From: Perna viridis
Taxonomy: Eukaryota
DNA: 64,000 bases
Assembly (NCBI GenBank): GCA_037379345.1
Contig: CM074517.1
Coordinates: forward strand, 18,786,001 to 18,850,000
Reading direction: 5' to 3'
Position numbers and translations under genes: made by a program. A model generated the notes under the pieces. The model did not search any database and was not told the origin of the DNA. It saw only the letters and a program-made list of their open reading frames with translations. Numbering within the stretch: position 1 is the stretch's first letter; each line of letters opens with the position of its first letter. Positions 29,501-44,500 of the stretch are shown in pieces.

Positions 29501-32500
29501 ACCATACCAATCCAATATAAACATGAAATTATGCATGTATCTATGGGAAAATTACTAACTCCACGGCATTTACAAAGAACATTCATACATAGTGGAGATA
29601 ATTTCTGACAATAACGGGTATCAATTCCTCTACTATTTGCAGATGGGTGAATTACTTAACAGTAATTTGTCATCGCGTGGGTATATAGAAAATAAATGCG
29701 AATTCTTTCCTAGAATTTCAGGTGATTTATTTAAATTTCATATAACCTTATAGCAATATAATTTAAACAAATATTTCAATGGCAGGCACAAAACAGCAGT
29801 AAAAAGAGGATACTAATATACTTTCATAACTTAAATGTATTAAAACAACTAATTGGGGGGGGGGGTTTAGTGATGCTCAAGACGATGTGACAGTGAGACA
29901 ATTTTGTCATGAACCATTTACACAGACAACATTGTGTAATGAATGCTGTCTAGAAAGAGCCCTATAAATTGTCAAGATGACAAACACTGAAATTGAATCA
30001 AAATTTACTCCCCAACTTCCTTGATGCATAACGATATCCTTTCAAAATCAATTATCTCAATGTGACCGACTTTAAAGGAACCTAATTTATTTAATTTAAA
30101 AGATTTCAGTTCAGAAATAATTTGAAAATGCATTGAAGTCAAAATTTCTCGGTAATCAAAATCATATCTAATTTCTAAAAGGGTGTTTCCCAAACACACT
30201 TAAAGTAGACTCGAGGATGAAGAGCTTTAACAAAGTTTTGTTGTAATATGTTGTCGTTTTTTTTTCATTTCTTTATCTAATTCTTAACTGAATTTATGAA
30301 ATGCATCGTGAAAAAAAACATAATTTAAAAAAAGTAATTTTTAATCAAAATTTCATAATCATATTTCTATATATCAATATAAACCAAAGTTTAAAGATGA
30401 AAGGTAATATGTTTGGATCAATATAATGTATTTTTAACAAATTAAATGTTTAAAGCTATACATTATAAAATTGATAAATATTAGTACAGTGTGGCCTACT
30501 TGAACTTATCAGTGTACATAAATGCATTTTTCAATTTAACCAATCTTAATAGAAATAATTACAAGTTATGTTTTGTATTAAAAATATAAAGACAATTCAT
30601 CATGTAGGATATGTAATAAATTATAATTTTTTAGATAGATATGTACACACTAAATAACCTGTGAAGCAGCATATTTTTAAAGTGTGCACCACAGGTATAT
30701 AGACAAAATGTATAAGTCATTCCATATAATTTGGTTTTAGTATCAAAATTTAACGATTAAGTACCAGTCCATGTAAAATTCAGACAGTGCCAACATTAAA
30801 GTGATTCATGGTGAAGAAAAACCCACCGAACAAATGATACTTATTCAATTTACATATGTTATATTTTTACGTAACAATGTCCTTTCCATATTCAGAATTG
30901 TATTTTTGAGAAAACCATACATTTATCTCTCACTAAAATCTACTAAATCAAACGAAATCAAGAACAATAACTCTTGCTAAGAGTCAGTTTCATGTACAAT
31001 CTATATAAGTTTTATCTCAAAAGTGCAACGTTCAAATGAAAAAACTAAGACTGGTAATTTGATCAGTAACTATTTCTGAACAAGATATAATAGTGATTTC
31101 AGTGGGTTTTTAAAATTTGTGAATCATCTCCTGTCTGGTTTTTTATAAAGACTGATACTTAAATCATCAAAAACAGCTGATGCCACACACTCACAACAAA
31201 ATTTTGTCCATGAGATGATAGATGGAATTTTTTATCCAATCAGAAAGTGTGTTACTTCTGATATTAAATTACAATAACTAGTCATAACAGAAAAGAATAG
31301 AAGGGAACAAGTTACAGGCAAAACCAATCTGGCTCTCTAACAGGATTAAAAAGATCTCATATTACAACTGATAGCACTAAAATAACTGCTAGTCAATAAA
31401 AACAAATTAGCAACACAATAACTAAAAGAAATGTGTCCATATAACAAAGAATACGTCAGCCATATCTAATACTTAAAGGAGCATAACATGGAACTGATAT
31501 GTGAGTAAACACCCTCACAAACAGATTATCATACTGAACCTAACATAGTTACATTCCAATGAAACATTACAAATATTTGAGTTCAGGAAAAAAAAGAGGA
31601 AAAAACAAAAGCAATGACGCCATACAACAAGAAAATTAATGACCAAGCCAAAAAAACAAAGATGTACAGCAAATATGACGCTGATATACCAGTACAGAGA
31701 AAGTCTTTCACATGGTACAACACATCACAATGAAGTTGAATATCAAAATTGAAATTGTACCCATGCAGATATGTGTGTGCTCTAAAAGCATCTAATAGAT
31801 AGTAGATAGGCGACCAAGCCAAAAGTGTGATCAACTTGACAACAATTCATGATAAATACCGAATTTCAATATATTCCCATCAAGAAAGATGAAGATCTGT
31901 GTGAAAAAAAATTATGAGACAAATGCATGCATATTATTCAAGACATCAGCAAAACTGAATGGCCTAACATCTCAAGAGAAATTTCAATCATATCAAAAGA
32001 TGAAAAAAGTGTGAATTGGCCACACAACACAAAGCAAACTGACAAGATACTTGCAATCACGATACCAGGCAAACTGACAAGATACTTGGCAATCACAAAA
32101 CTAGGCAAACTGACAAGATACTTGCAGTCAGGACACCAGGCAAACTGACAAGATACTTGGTAATCACAAAACCAGGCAAACTGACAAGATACTTGTAGTC
32201 ACAACACCAGGCAAACTGACAAGATACTTGGCAATCACAAAACCAGGCAAACTGAAAAGACACTTGGCAATCACAACACCAGGCAAACTGACAAGATACT
32301 TGCAGTCACAATACCAGGCCAACTGACAAGATACTTGGCAATCACAAAACCAGGCAAACTGAAAAGACACTTGGCAATCACAACACCAGGCAAACTGACA
32401 AGATACTTGCAGTCACAATACCAGGCCAACTGACAAGATACTTGGCAATCACAAAACCAGGCAAACTGAAAAGACACTTGGCAATCACAACACCAGGCAA

Positions 32501-35500
32501 ACTGACAAGATACTTGCAGTCACAATACCAGGCAAACTGACAAAATACTTGGCAATTACAACACCAGGCAAACAGACAGGATACATAACTGCATGAATAA
32601 ACTAATTTACATAGGGCACATTCAAAACCCAAGACTCAAAATGACTAAGTCTTCCTTATTGGAAGGATACATGTATTGAAGAAAATTCACCTATGTTCTC
32701 AAAACCTTGAATAAGTTTCTATACATATAACAGATTGAAAAGAAGTTATACACTAGAGTACTAAAGTTAAACACATAAATATCAGCCTTTACTTTTATGA
32801 CTATTGGCATGTCGTACTATCAAACAGAAAAATTCTGAGGTCTCTTTTTCACTTTTTATACATTATATCTTACACAAACAAGACTTAAGGCTGAGATATG
32901 GCTATATAGTGATAAGGTGCTGGTAGTTACATGTGGATCAGAATATCAATGATTGAAAAAAATTTTACTTTTAAATAAACAAACTTTAATGGTATGCTTG
33001 TTAATCAAACATTTGGCACTCTTGATGTTTGTTGAATTTTTGTCCAAATCGACATAGGTACGTCTCTATACTTTGATGTGAGGCCATGCCAAATTGCAGG
33101 GTTTAAGCTTAGAAGTAATACATGATAAGGGCAAATCTTGGCCACAAAGCTACCTGTTCAATTATATTACCTTAAAATAGAAAGAAAAAACTCTGCTATT
33201 CAAGGTATGTTGTATTCTTTAAAAAAGATGTCTAAATAATAGTAATTATACCAAAGGAGATATAACTAAAAACCGGAGGAATAATTTATGACGACAATGC
33301 ATGTGTACCTGTATTGAGTTCTATCAATAGTGTGATCTCCTATTATACAAGAAATAGAAACGTCTCCTTTATTGTCAAACATTGGTTCTTACAAACATTT
33401 CCACCATACGCTATAATCAATTAGTATTCCTGCACTAACATTAGAAGTTGGATTAAAGATATGATAGAGACCAAATAACACTGTATAGGTATGGGATCAA
33501 ATTTAGTCCAGAATAGTTTTTAAAAGTTCATACCAAAAACAGACATTCATTCACATGATACTTAAAAAAAGTGCATGAGAGTAAAATATCCCATTTTTGG
33601 TCCGAATATATTCCAAGTACATGCATGGAGCCTTTAAGTAATGAATAAACCTCTGAGAGTTTTATATTATTTCAATACTGAAAAGACACTCAAATCAAAG
33701 AGATGCAAAAAAATCAGTTGAGAATTTTCCAATACTTAGATCTTTCAATCTGAATTGATTAAAACCCTATGAATAAACTGTTAACTTTTCATACACACAA
33801 TGTCTGTACTCATGCTATTCACACACTATCTTACCTCTCACCATGCCTACTATATCTTACCTCTAGGAGAAGCTTTCTGTTGTTGCCTTTTGATCTTCTC
33901 TTTGATTTTTGCCAGACCTCCTGTAAAAAAATACAAAATAATAGTATAATGAACAACTATCATTTAGTCCTCTATCAATCCAATCTATGCTCTTTGCCAG
34001 GAGAAATTAATGGAGAGGACTGTTAAGGGATTCAACGAAAACTGGAGCAAACCCGGGAGTTGTGCATAAGAGGTTTCAACAGATACACCTAAAACTGAAA
34101 AGATGAAAAAGCTCACTTTTAAGTCCTCTGACAAAAATACACTCATTCATGCTCATCTTCAATCCTATAAAACTTCATAAAAATCCTTAGAGTAGTTTTG
34201 GAGGAGTTGTAATTACAATGGATGGACAACAGACAGACAGATTCCTTCTTTCCTTATTTAGTTTGCAGAGGGTACAGAAAGTAAATATGCTATAGTGTGG
34301 TGTACACTGTACTCCAATATTAGTCCTACACATTATTTTGTTAACCTGAAGGAACAGCTTTAAATTTGAGGGCATGTAACAAGCACATTCTCAGAAGATC
34401 AAGGACAAACTTAGAACTATATTCCATGAAAACAATCACTTACAAACATAACGTTAAAAAAATGATCTCAAAATTTTTCATTCTCACTAAAGACCCCCAA
34501 CTTAAAACTACACACAAATGCTGCCAATGTCAGAACTGTATGCTGACAACTTCTGAGAATAAGATGTGAGATGGGTTCTGTATATGTGTTAAGTGGGATC
34601 AATCTACTTTCAATTAAAACCACAATAAACCTCAATAATTCATGTCTGAATAAATCTTAAAGTAAATTTCTGTTGAAGGAATCAAAAGAGTTCTAACATC
34701 ATTTTCTTCTCAAAAGATTTTACAAATATTTGCACAAACTTCAAGTCTGAATATGAAAATTAAACTTTGATTGCATTTCTCTCTTCAATGTTTACTTTTG
34801 CATATTAACAATCGGCATGTAAGACTGACCTATATCGTAATATTACTTTTCTTTCAAATCATTCCATGCAGTTGTGAATTTCTATTTCTAGGTAGTATAA
34901 TAGGTATCAATTTCCATTTACACGCTAAAAACCCTATTAGAAAACACTTCATATGCTTTTAGAAAAACATGCTTCTAAATATACAAATTTTTTAAATCAA
35001 TCAAGAACCAATCATTCAGAACATTAACTTCTTTATTTAAAAATAAGAGGAATTACAAGTCTCAATATCTGAAACATGATAGTACCTCCATTCATTGGCC
35101 TCCTGATTTTATAGTGACTGGAAACTTGTTGATTTGTAAGTTAAAATTCATTTCAAATTTCATGTCAGGCTTAATACATGTAGATGTAGAGATATCAGAA
35201 GAAACAAATAGAAAATGTTTATCAAAGGTTCAATCCTTCAGAAAGCCTTATAAACAACATAATATACAGCACTTTCTGGGAAAACAAACATCACAGGAAT
35301 CATTTAGAGAGACTAAAGACACATTTAAGCTGCTTAGGATCAATCTCATATAAGCATCAAAGTGATTTCATACTGTTTCAAATGAAAGTTTGATTGGCTT
35401 TGGTGAAATTGAATATAATACAAACATATAACTGATTTCAAGAGTTATGTCTCTTACCCTAGGTCTATCTCCTTAAACCTAGAAGAGTTGTTGTTGGCTT

Positions 35501-38500
35501 AGCCCATAAACAACTGCTTGAATATGAAACACCTATATATAGTTTGTGTCAAGAAAACTAAGCTTAGCAGATTTGGTCTGCTAAGTACACTTAGTATCAC
35601 AAACTGTTTCTACAATTTTATAATAAACGCCTTTAATTTAAATGCAATTTGACAAAAAAGATGAAATTACTTAAACGATATCTTCAAATTAGATCACCAT
35701 ACTGTAGATTATTTCATTATTATTTGAGAAGGAATAACTATGTAGGTCACAGTAACTCTAGTCATAGTGGCTGACTTATATAATATCTGTTTAATACATC
35801 ATCAGTATGCATTTTATATGCATGCATAATTTTCTCCATCAAACAATCTAACAAAGCGTGTCATTGTGTGCTTTTCTTAATTTACTTTGTGTTGACTTTC
35901 TTTCCTTTTGAATTGAAATGAATAAGTGTATTCATCAGCTTCAGTAAGATATTGACAGATATTTTGTACTAACACTGGCGGTCAACTTGGTGCATTTAGG
36001 AATGTTGTTCATGTGCAGTTGAACTTTTAACCACAGTGTTTTAGAGGCCCTTATATGAAGCAGGTGCAACCTGTAAGAGGACAAAGTTGAATATAACGAG
36101 ATATATTTAAAAATCATCTTGTCACCCCACTTTATTTTTCCCACTCTTCTAATAAGTGAGACCTGTTTTACAAAGTGTTCATACTGGTTACCTTCTGGGA
36201 AAGCCAGAAAGGCCAACTCAGAAACGAAAAAGTATCTGAATTTGAATAATAATTGAAGACCATATGTTCTTTCAATATTTAAATTCATTTTTGCTTTAAA
36301 TAATGTGTGTATCTCCCCATAAAGTTCAAAGGAGTAAAACTCCTACAAAATTCAGTGGGTAAAAAGTTCCCAGTAATATAAACAACTACATATCATGTCC
36401 TAACTACCTACCAAGCATGAAATATGATGAAGTAGAATCCTAGGAATTACACTTATATAAGTATGATGAGCAGACAAACAAACAGATGGACAGGGCAAAT
36501 ACAATATGCCTCCTAACTAAAGTGTGTGGGTCATAAATCTACCTCGCTAGCAGTATGCAGTGCTTAAAAAAATTTTTTGGCATAAGGGAAGTCCATAAAA
36601 CAAATGGCAATATCATGACAAAAACAGGAAAGCTGGAAACCACTACAATGGTCCTGACTTGGTACAAGAATTTCTGTTAGAAATAGTAGGTTAAAAAGAG
36701 TTTTATAGTGGACCAAACCTTTGACCTCATTACGTTCAATTGTTACCAGTAAATTGCAGTACAAACAGGCAGAATAAAATTGCCACTGAAAAAAGTAAAA
36801 TTAGTAGTCAAAACATTAACAAAGATATATTGATGATATTATGAAAATCCATCATCTACGATATCCTTGTCACAAACAGAATGTTTATCAATAAGATCTT
36901 GATATAAAAAATAAAACTTTTTCAAAGTACATTTCATTTTTTCCTCATTTATATTATTCCATATTTAAAAAAATAAAAATGTTACTTTTCCCTGTTGATA
37001 CATTTAAAAAATAATTTGTTCAGGAGACATACTTTGTAAAACTTCTGCTTGTTTCCAAATCCTTGCCAAATGATGCACTTCTCTTTATATCTATTTTCAA
37101 TATTTATTAGTGATATAATTCGAATAAAATATGTTTAAACTAAAATAAAATATGATGAGAAATTTTGCTCAGTTGTAAAAATACCAAAAACCTCTCATAA
37201 GGAAAACACTTAAATGAATAAATCTACATAATTAAATGCCTTTCAACAGTTCCACATTTGAGATATATATATATAAGTAGTTATAACAAGTCAGTTTCCA
37301 CCCATGTGTAACATGATAGAACAGAGTACTGTTACTACAGATACAAATCTGTAGGAATTTAATCAAAAATAGAATTATAAATTTTTACTGCCACTTTAGA
37401 ACTTATTCTTTTTCTAAATCAAACTGTCATACATTGTATATCTTAAGAAATGTTTGTTTTTTATACTATTCAAGTACTAAAGATGAAAACTAGGGAGTTT
37501 ATAAATCAGTTAATGAATTCCATTGAATCTTTGAATTGGCTACCTATGTTTTAAAGTATTCAATATGAACCTTAGTTCTCTTTATTTTCTTCCCATCCTG
37601 ACTTATTTGCATTTCTATAAACGTTGTCTCGAAACAGAGTTTTTTCTGACCCTTCCAAGATCAATTTATTAAAATGACTGAGAGTTTTCCATTCAGTACG
37701 GTTGGCAAAACATACATTACCAACAGTTTTAAGATATTTATGTACATAAATGCTGACTAGCAAACTTAGTATTTTAATATGATAAACAGATATTCATATA
37801 TAGAAAATTACTTGTCTATGAAAGGAAAACTGTTTCAACAACAAAAAAAAACACTTTTAATCTTGTATCATTTATCAGAATTTGAAGTTACAGTAACCTT
37901 GGAAATGATTGCTATTAAGTTTTTAATTGACACATACATGTAACTCAATGACTTGCAATCACAATATTTAAAACTTGCAATATGAATTTTTTTTGGCATT
38001 ACTTAAGCATAGTCCATTTCAATAGCATTCCAATTTGTTCTGAATGACAATTTCAATAATTTATTAATTTAAAGGAACTCTTCCTTGACACATTAATGAG
38101 TGACATTTAGAATTCCTGCTTCAAAGACAACTTCACCAAACTAATGACCAATATTTACATCTTTAAATAATAATCATCATAACACCAATACCATAAAACA
38201 TTTATCAGAATTTTAATTGGTCTATGCTACTCCATTACAAACCAACAAACCCTGATATAAATTATCTTCCATCACAACCTGATCCACAATGTCAATACTT
38301 GATTACAATGACATAACCAGAGAACAATTCTAATTAAATGCATCAATAGATATGGTTTTTAAACTGCATTTAACTTCAGCTGTATCAGTTGTTATCAGCA
38401 GGTTCTTCCAATATACTAATTGTATTTTTCTGTCTCACACAACTGACTATTGAACAACTCTCCATGACAAGAACTTTTTTCCTTGTTAAAACCATGAGCT

Positions 38501-41500
38501 ACTTGGTATCCACAAATAAGGCCTTCATTCAAGGCTGAACTGCTTGCTACTATGAGTATGTTCGAGTATAATGAATGAAGTCCTGTATACTAATATAACA
38601 TACAATACAAGTTCATGGTAATACTCTGGATATTAACCAGAAAGCAAGGTCTGTAAACAACATTCCAATAACTGTTAAACTTACAAGTAGCTGTAGTGTG
38701 TCTGTTTTCTATGTCTGGTCTTTGCCCCTGAATTACGTTTTTTTTTTATTTCCACTAGATTCTCGGTTTCCTTGATTACTCTTGCAATGATAAAAGCATC
38801 ATAATTTCTGAACATGAAGTTGCAAGCATTGTTGTCCTAAGTATACCAAAACTCATGCAGGAAGCTGATATGGAATAGCAACCTAAAAAGGTTAAAACAT
38901 ATGCCCTATCTATACACATAAGTATATTTTCCTCATGATCACACCCATACTCTAACCGGCCCATATATTACTGTAACAAATCCTGTTACTATATCATTTG
39001 TAGAACAGAAATAAGCCCCTAAAATATCCCATCAGTAATAAAACAGGCTAGAAAATTCACTGTCAGTACAATCTGTTAAAGATAGTAGTGTGGCAAACTG
39101 TTGAAGTGTTCAACTTAACTTTCAAAGAAAGATCTTATCACACAAAAAGCAGCAATTACATTGATACTGTTCATGCTTATAGAGTAAGAAGTCACGAAAG
39201 CAGGTTTTATCGAGTCTTTAATAAACGGTTTTGAACACACCAATGATTTCAATTAAAATGGTTTGTACTTCATGTACTACCAGTGAAAATGAAATACCAC
39301 AGGACCGATGGACATGTCTGGTAAAAATGGCTTTTTTTTTTTTAGTTCCCCAAATAGAAGAAAAGTTCAAAATATGAGATGTGGTCTGTTGACCTCTAAA
39401 CCAATTTCGCAAACACTGTACTACATGTAGATGTATAGTAAAAATTACAATGTACATTTACTATGATTGAACTTTGATGCAAAGAGAAACAAACAACAAT
39501 GAACTTCAAGAATCCATGTTACATGAAAGAGGTTAACACTTCTCTCAATTCATTCACAAATTCCCAGGAAACCATACATTTTGTCTACTATTCTGCTTTA
39601 TATAAATGGACAAATAATCCAAAAGACTTGAGCTGATATACTATTCTTTGATTCAAACATGATCTACAACAGTAGTTTATTAACCAAGTTTACAAACACT
39701 TTATCTGATCACTACTACCAAACTACAACATATTTCTGAATGACTTATGAATTATTATACTGTCAGAAGAGAAACAAGAAAGGGAATTCTCCTTGTCAAT
39801 ATAAAATAGAGTCCACGGACACCAAAGTTGTGAAATACCACTTAACACTTCACTAAAGTTGTTCAAACACCAGTTAAGCCCTTGTCTAATGATAAATCTG
39901 TCTTAAAGTGACTTAAGATTGACTGTTGTTCAGCTGCACTATGACTCTACATAAAATTGGAGGCACTATTGAATTCTTCTATAGTTCTAAACATAGACAC
40001 CTCATTTGTAAAGGCTAAATCAAAAATTCAACTTCACTCAAATGTCCTCCAGAAATACTCTGACACTGCCAAATAGAACTAAGCTGTATTTCTGATGCGA
40101 TTGACACAGCTTACATAAAAACTTCTTCATCATGCACTGGGGCCAACTCTAGAGTCAAACTGATTCTTTGTAAGTGTGTATAATTCAAACAAAGTATGAC
40201 TTCTGGTTGGATTTACTCAATGGATAACATTAGATCTTAAATAAATCAAATACAACATTGTCATGTGAAAAGAAAACAGTTAATATTGCCAGTATAGACA
40301 TGTTCCAAAATAAACATATTACACATTATACTTTTCTACTACTTTCTCTTTCAATCAATTAAAAAATATGGGAATCTGAAGTAAGGTACAAAAGGAAACT
40401 AATCAGCTTGATCTTATAACATGATATTTTAGAACTGAAGCCTTATTATAGTGTATTCCACCCTTTACCTATACCCAGAAAATCAGGGTCTTTTTACATC
40501 AATTCATATTACCAAATATCAAATTTTTCTATGACACAAAATGAAACCCACTGCATGTCTACTTACTACAGATCAAGTCTACATGGAGATCACAATCCAG
40601 AATCATTAAAATGATCAAATCATTTAAAACTTACGTAATGCCCACGCCCCTTGTCTTCCATAACTTTAACCTAATCTTTTCAATAAGTAATGGCATGCAA
40701 TAACTTCTCTGCATTCACGTCAACAAATAGTTGTCTTTGACATTCCAAATATACAATAAAACTTTAATCATGTTCATTCAGTCACAGACTGGGTGGTGGA
40801 GTTTAGTACTCCCCTTATATCCTATAGAAAATCACACGAGCAATTTATACATGAAAAATGTCAAGAGTTAAATTTAATATTTTACTCATAAGTGATATTA
40901 AATCCAGCCTTTCTTGTATATTGAGAAACCCGGGGTAACAAATTCATTATACATCAAATTATTCAGCAGGAGTGGGATGAAAGTATAAAACTTAACAGAC
41001 TTTCAGTCCTACAAGCCAAATGACATGTACTTTAAATAAAAATAGCTTAAAATAATGTGAGACCACTAACTTCAATTCTTATGGTTTTTGTCTGACACGT
41101 AAGAATCTTTTAAGGAGTTCCCTGGTGACAATATACTTGTAACTTTAAATTTTCTGTACTCCATCTTTTTTAAAAATACTAGATGTGCTGGTGACAATAT
41201 ATTGGTAACTTTAAATTTTTCAGATTCATTTCACCTAGCCATGACCTCACATACTAGGAGCAAGCGCTTCCATAGGACCATCAAGACAGTTTTAGAAACA
41301 GGAAGAGGATGGCCAATAAACTTACAGTAGAAGGGTTGTCATGATAATTGCATTAGGTTAACCAAAAACTATATAATTTGCCTGATTCATAATAGGAGCG
41401 GTTATATCTACCAAGAGAAGAACAGAAAAAAAATCCAACAAACATGTCAGACAACTCTAACAGCCTCAAGTCACAACAAATAATCAAGTACAAAGAAATG

Positions 41501-44500
41501 ACAACAAATAATCCAATGCATACAACAACAATGCAATTAAATATTCAAGACACTACTCCATTAGCAAATGACAATTTCATGGTGTTTCCATGATATGGCA
41601 TCAGGCTGATTGAACCAAGACAATACAAAGCCTTCTGATTACAGCTACAAAGACATTTCCATAACTATTACAACACAATCAATGTTTGCTAATCATTTAT
41701 AAAGAAATGAATGACAAAAGATAAGGACATAACAATTCCATTTTCATTTTATGCTTCCACAGACAATGAACTAATTTCCGCTATTCATTTATTAAAAAAA
41801 ACTCATTAATCACAGAATGAAAAATAACTACAAATATTTTCAGTACTGATCACTTCTGATTGGACAGAAAAACATACAAATATGTATCAATGATTTATAG
41901 GCAGAGAGTTTAATACTTTTTGCCCATTTCTTCTTTTGAAAGTGAGCAATATTTTACATGTACTTTGTGACTATAATGACAGTTTAATTGCTTTTGCCAA
42001 ACTCAAGCTGATGCATTTCATGCTATGTCATTCTAAGAATACTCCCACTCAACCATTTAGGGTAAACAGGAAGTAGATAAGCACAGAATCTGGTAAGAAG
42101 TTATCATACAAAAGCAATACACTAAATATCTGAGGGTTCCCTCAAATAGAAGCTAAGAATTTTTTCTTAAGTGTATAACAGACGGACGGACAAGGTGTGA
42201 CAATATGGTCCATCAAAAGCATTTGACAAGTGACATAATATAATGCTTTTTTAAAATCTGAAATGAGAACTCAATTAAATTTATAAAACTCATTGATGAT
42301 AATATTGGCAATGTTGGTAGGTAATAAAACACAAAGACTCTATAACTAACCTGTAGTTGCTGGGGCCACATGTTCATACATTAGACTTGCATTGCAGAGA
42401 AGGCAAAATATTCTCTAGGTAAACTACTGGTATTTACTTAGTCAATATTTGCTGTTATATTACATTTTCTATATAGATACCTTTAATTAAACCAATTCTA
42501 TAATTCTAAACCAAACCAATAATTCCATAAACTTGATAAATTACTATCTGAATTCAATTAGTGTTAACTCTTGTTTCATTATTCAAGTTCATTGAGTTTT
42601 TCCCTTTATACAGATGAATTGACCATGAACCCCTACAAATACAATTCATGTTCGCTTAAATATTGCCCATTTAATTCAGATTTAGCTTGAATGAACTAAA
42701 CCAGTTATGCTGTAAGTTGCTGTTCTTTGTGACCTTTGGGTCATTAAACTGTAACTTATAAATGCATGGATTTTGAAAATTTGAACTAGAAAGCAAGCTC
42801 ATTAACCTTCATATCCGTTAATGAAAAAATAATCCCTAAATGATAAAAGATAAATTGGACTATCTTTTTTTTTAAAAGTAACAAAATTTTAACCCCTGAT
42901 AGATTATTACCTTCTGTTTGAAAGAAAATTCAAACCATTGCTATAGCATGGTCATTGACATGTTCATCTTTCTATTTCTTTATTTCCTTAGGACCATCAA
43001 TGGCTCAAGCCAAAGGTCAAACTCATTGTTACTAAATATAAAACTTACCTATTAAACATGAAGAACCTTTAAAAAAAGATGATATGCTCAAAGAATTGCT
43101 CATACAAGAAAAAGGAATTTATGTGAATTTAGCAGAATACTTCGCAATTATACTCATCACGAACTCAACACAATGTAGGAACTATCTTGTATGAAAACAA
43201 ACATTGAATACACTGTATTCTGATTCACTTACACTTCTCCTTTCTAGAATTTTACGCTTTATTTTTATCTTGTTTACTTAACCAGGAAAATCTACAATGA
43301 AAAGGGCCTATTTGTTTCCATACTGCTTAAAAAATATGCGACAGTATCATTAATGACATCATTCTTTACAAATAGATACATCAATTTTCCTTTTATACTC
43401 ATAGACACTAAATGGGAATTATAAATGCAGATCTAGTATAAAGGTTTCTTCATTTAGGAAACTAATTCTTTCTGTTTTATGAGAAAAAAAAACAGTTGAT
43501 ACTAGCATTAACTTACTTGACTAAAGATAAGTTACTGGAGTGCTCAGGGTTTAATACTATTCCAGGAAGACAGAAAGTAGCTACATACATTTGTTAAAGC
43601 TGTTTTTTTTTCTTTTTACAAATGAACAAAATAAATCAAATTTATCTAATATTTTCAAAGCACTATAACAGAGTATGGAGCTTAGAATAGATCTTCATTA
43701 TATCTACCAGACTACCTTGACAGTATCCGACAAAATAATGAGAAGTCACTTAATAAATGACCAGTTGCTTTCCATTAAAAAAATTTACTATATGGGATTT
43801 TTTTATTGAAGGTGCAGAGTTAATTCCAGACTGTGCCGCAGATATTTTATGTATGGCGCATAAAAAGTGCTGCATGTTGGCCCTATGGGTGCACAGTATT
43901 CCGAAGGTCAATCTCTAAATTTCTGAATTTTTATCAGTTCAATGTCCAGACACACTTCCATAATTTACAGCGTCAATGGCCTTGACTGTTTCTTAGTAAA
44001 CAGGAAAAACAAAAGTTAAAAATTTCTAGGCATGCGGTTAAAAACGACTTCAAGAAACCGTGGGCGGTGCCACGGGACACAGTCGATTCCCCTGATCCTG
44101 CTGATGTCACCCAATAAATATGGATACAGGCCTGCGAATCTGGTGAATTTTGAGTAAAATGGAAAATTGAATGTCCATGGGCTTGGGTAGGATGTGATCC
44201 TTATAAGAACAGAAAGATTCTAAGTGGTCCTGCAACATCAAAATGAATGACAATTTGAATCAGCAGAATGCTATTATAAATAATCAACATCAACATCTAC
44301 TAGTATCTTTTTATTCATTAATGGAGGCCTCTCACCTACATTGTACATGTAATGATGAAACAGTTAAGTGTATACAAACAACTAATTTATTGGTAGAATG
44401 TCTTCTTTTATGTAAAAATGACCCCTTTTATAAAGCCATACTGGCCTCTTTTTTTCTAAGAATGACCCCTGTTTTACTGTTAATTTTTGTACCTTCTGCA

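Noticed and set aside
32164-32632. Three near-identical Cys-rich ORFs
   Set aside because: Artefact of the 107-bp higher-order repeat.
43815-44100. GC/CpG-richer patch, possible exon or structured RNA
   Set aside because: No phase-compatible open exon found; the ends (CAGAGTT...TCCCCTG) suggest a decayed MITE, but too weakly to call.
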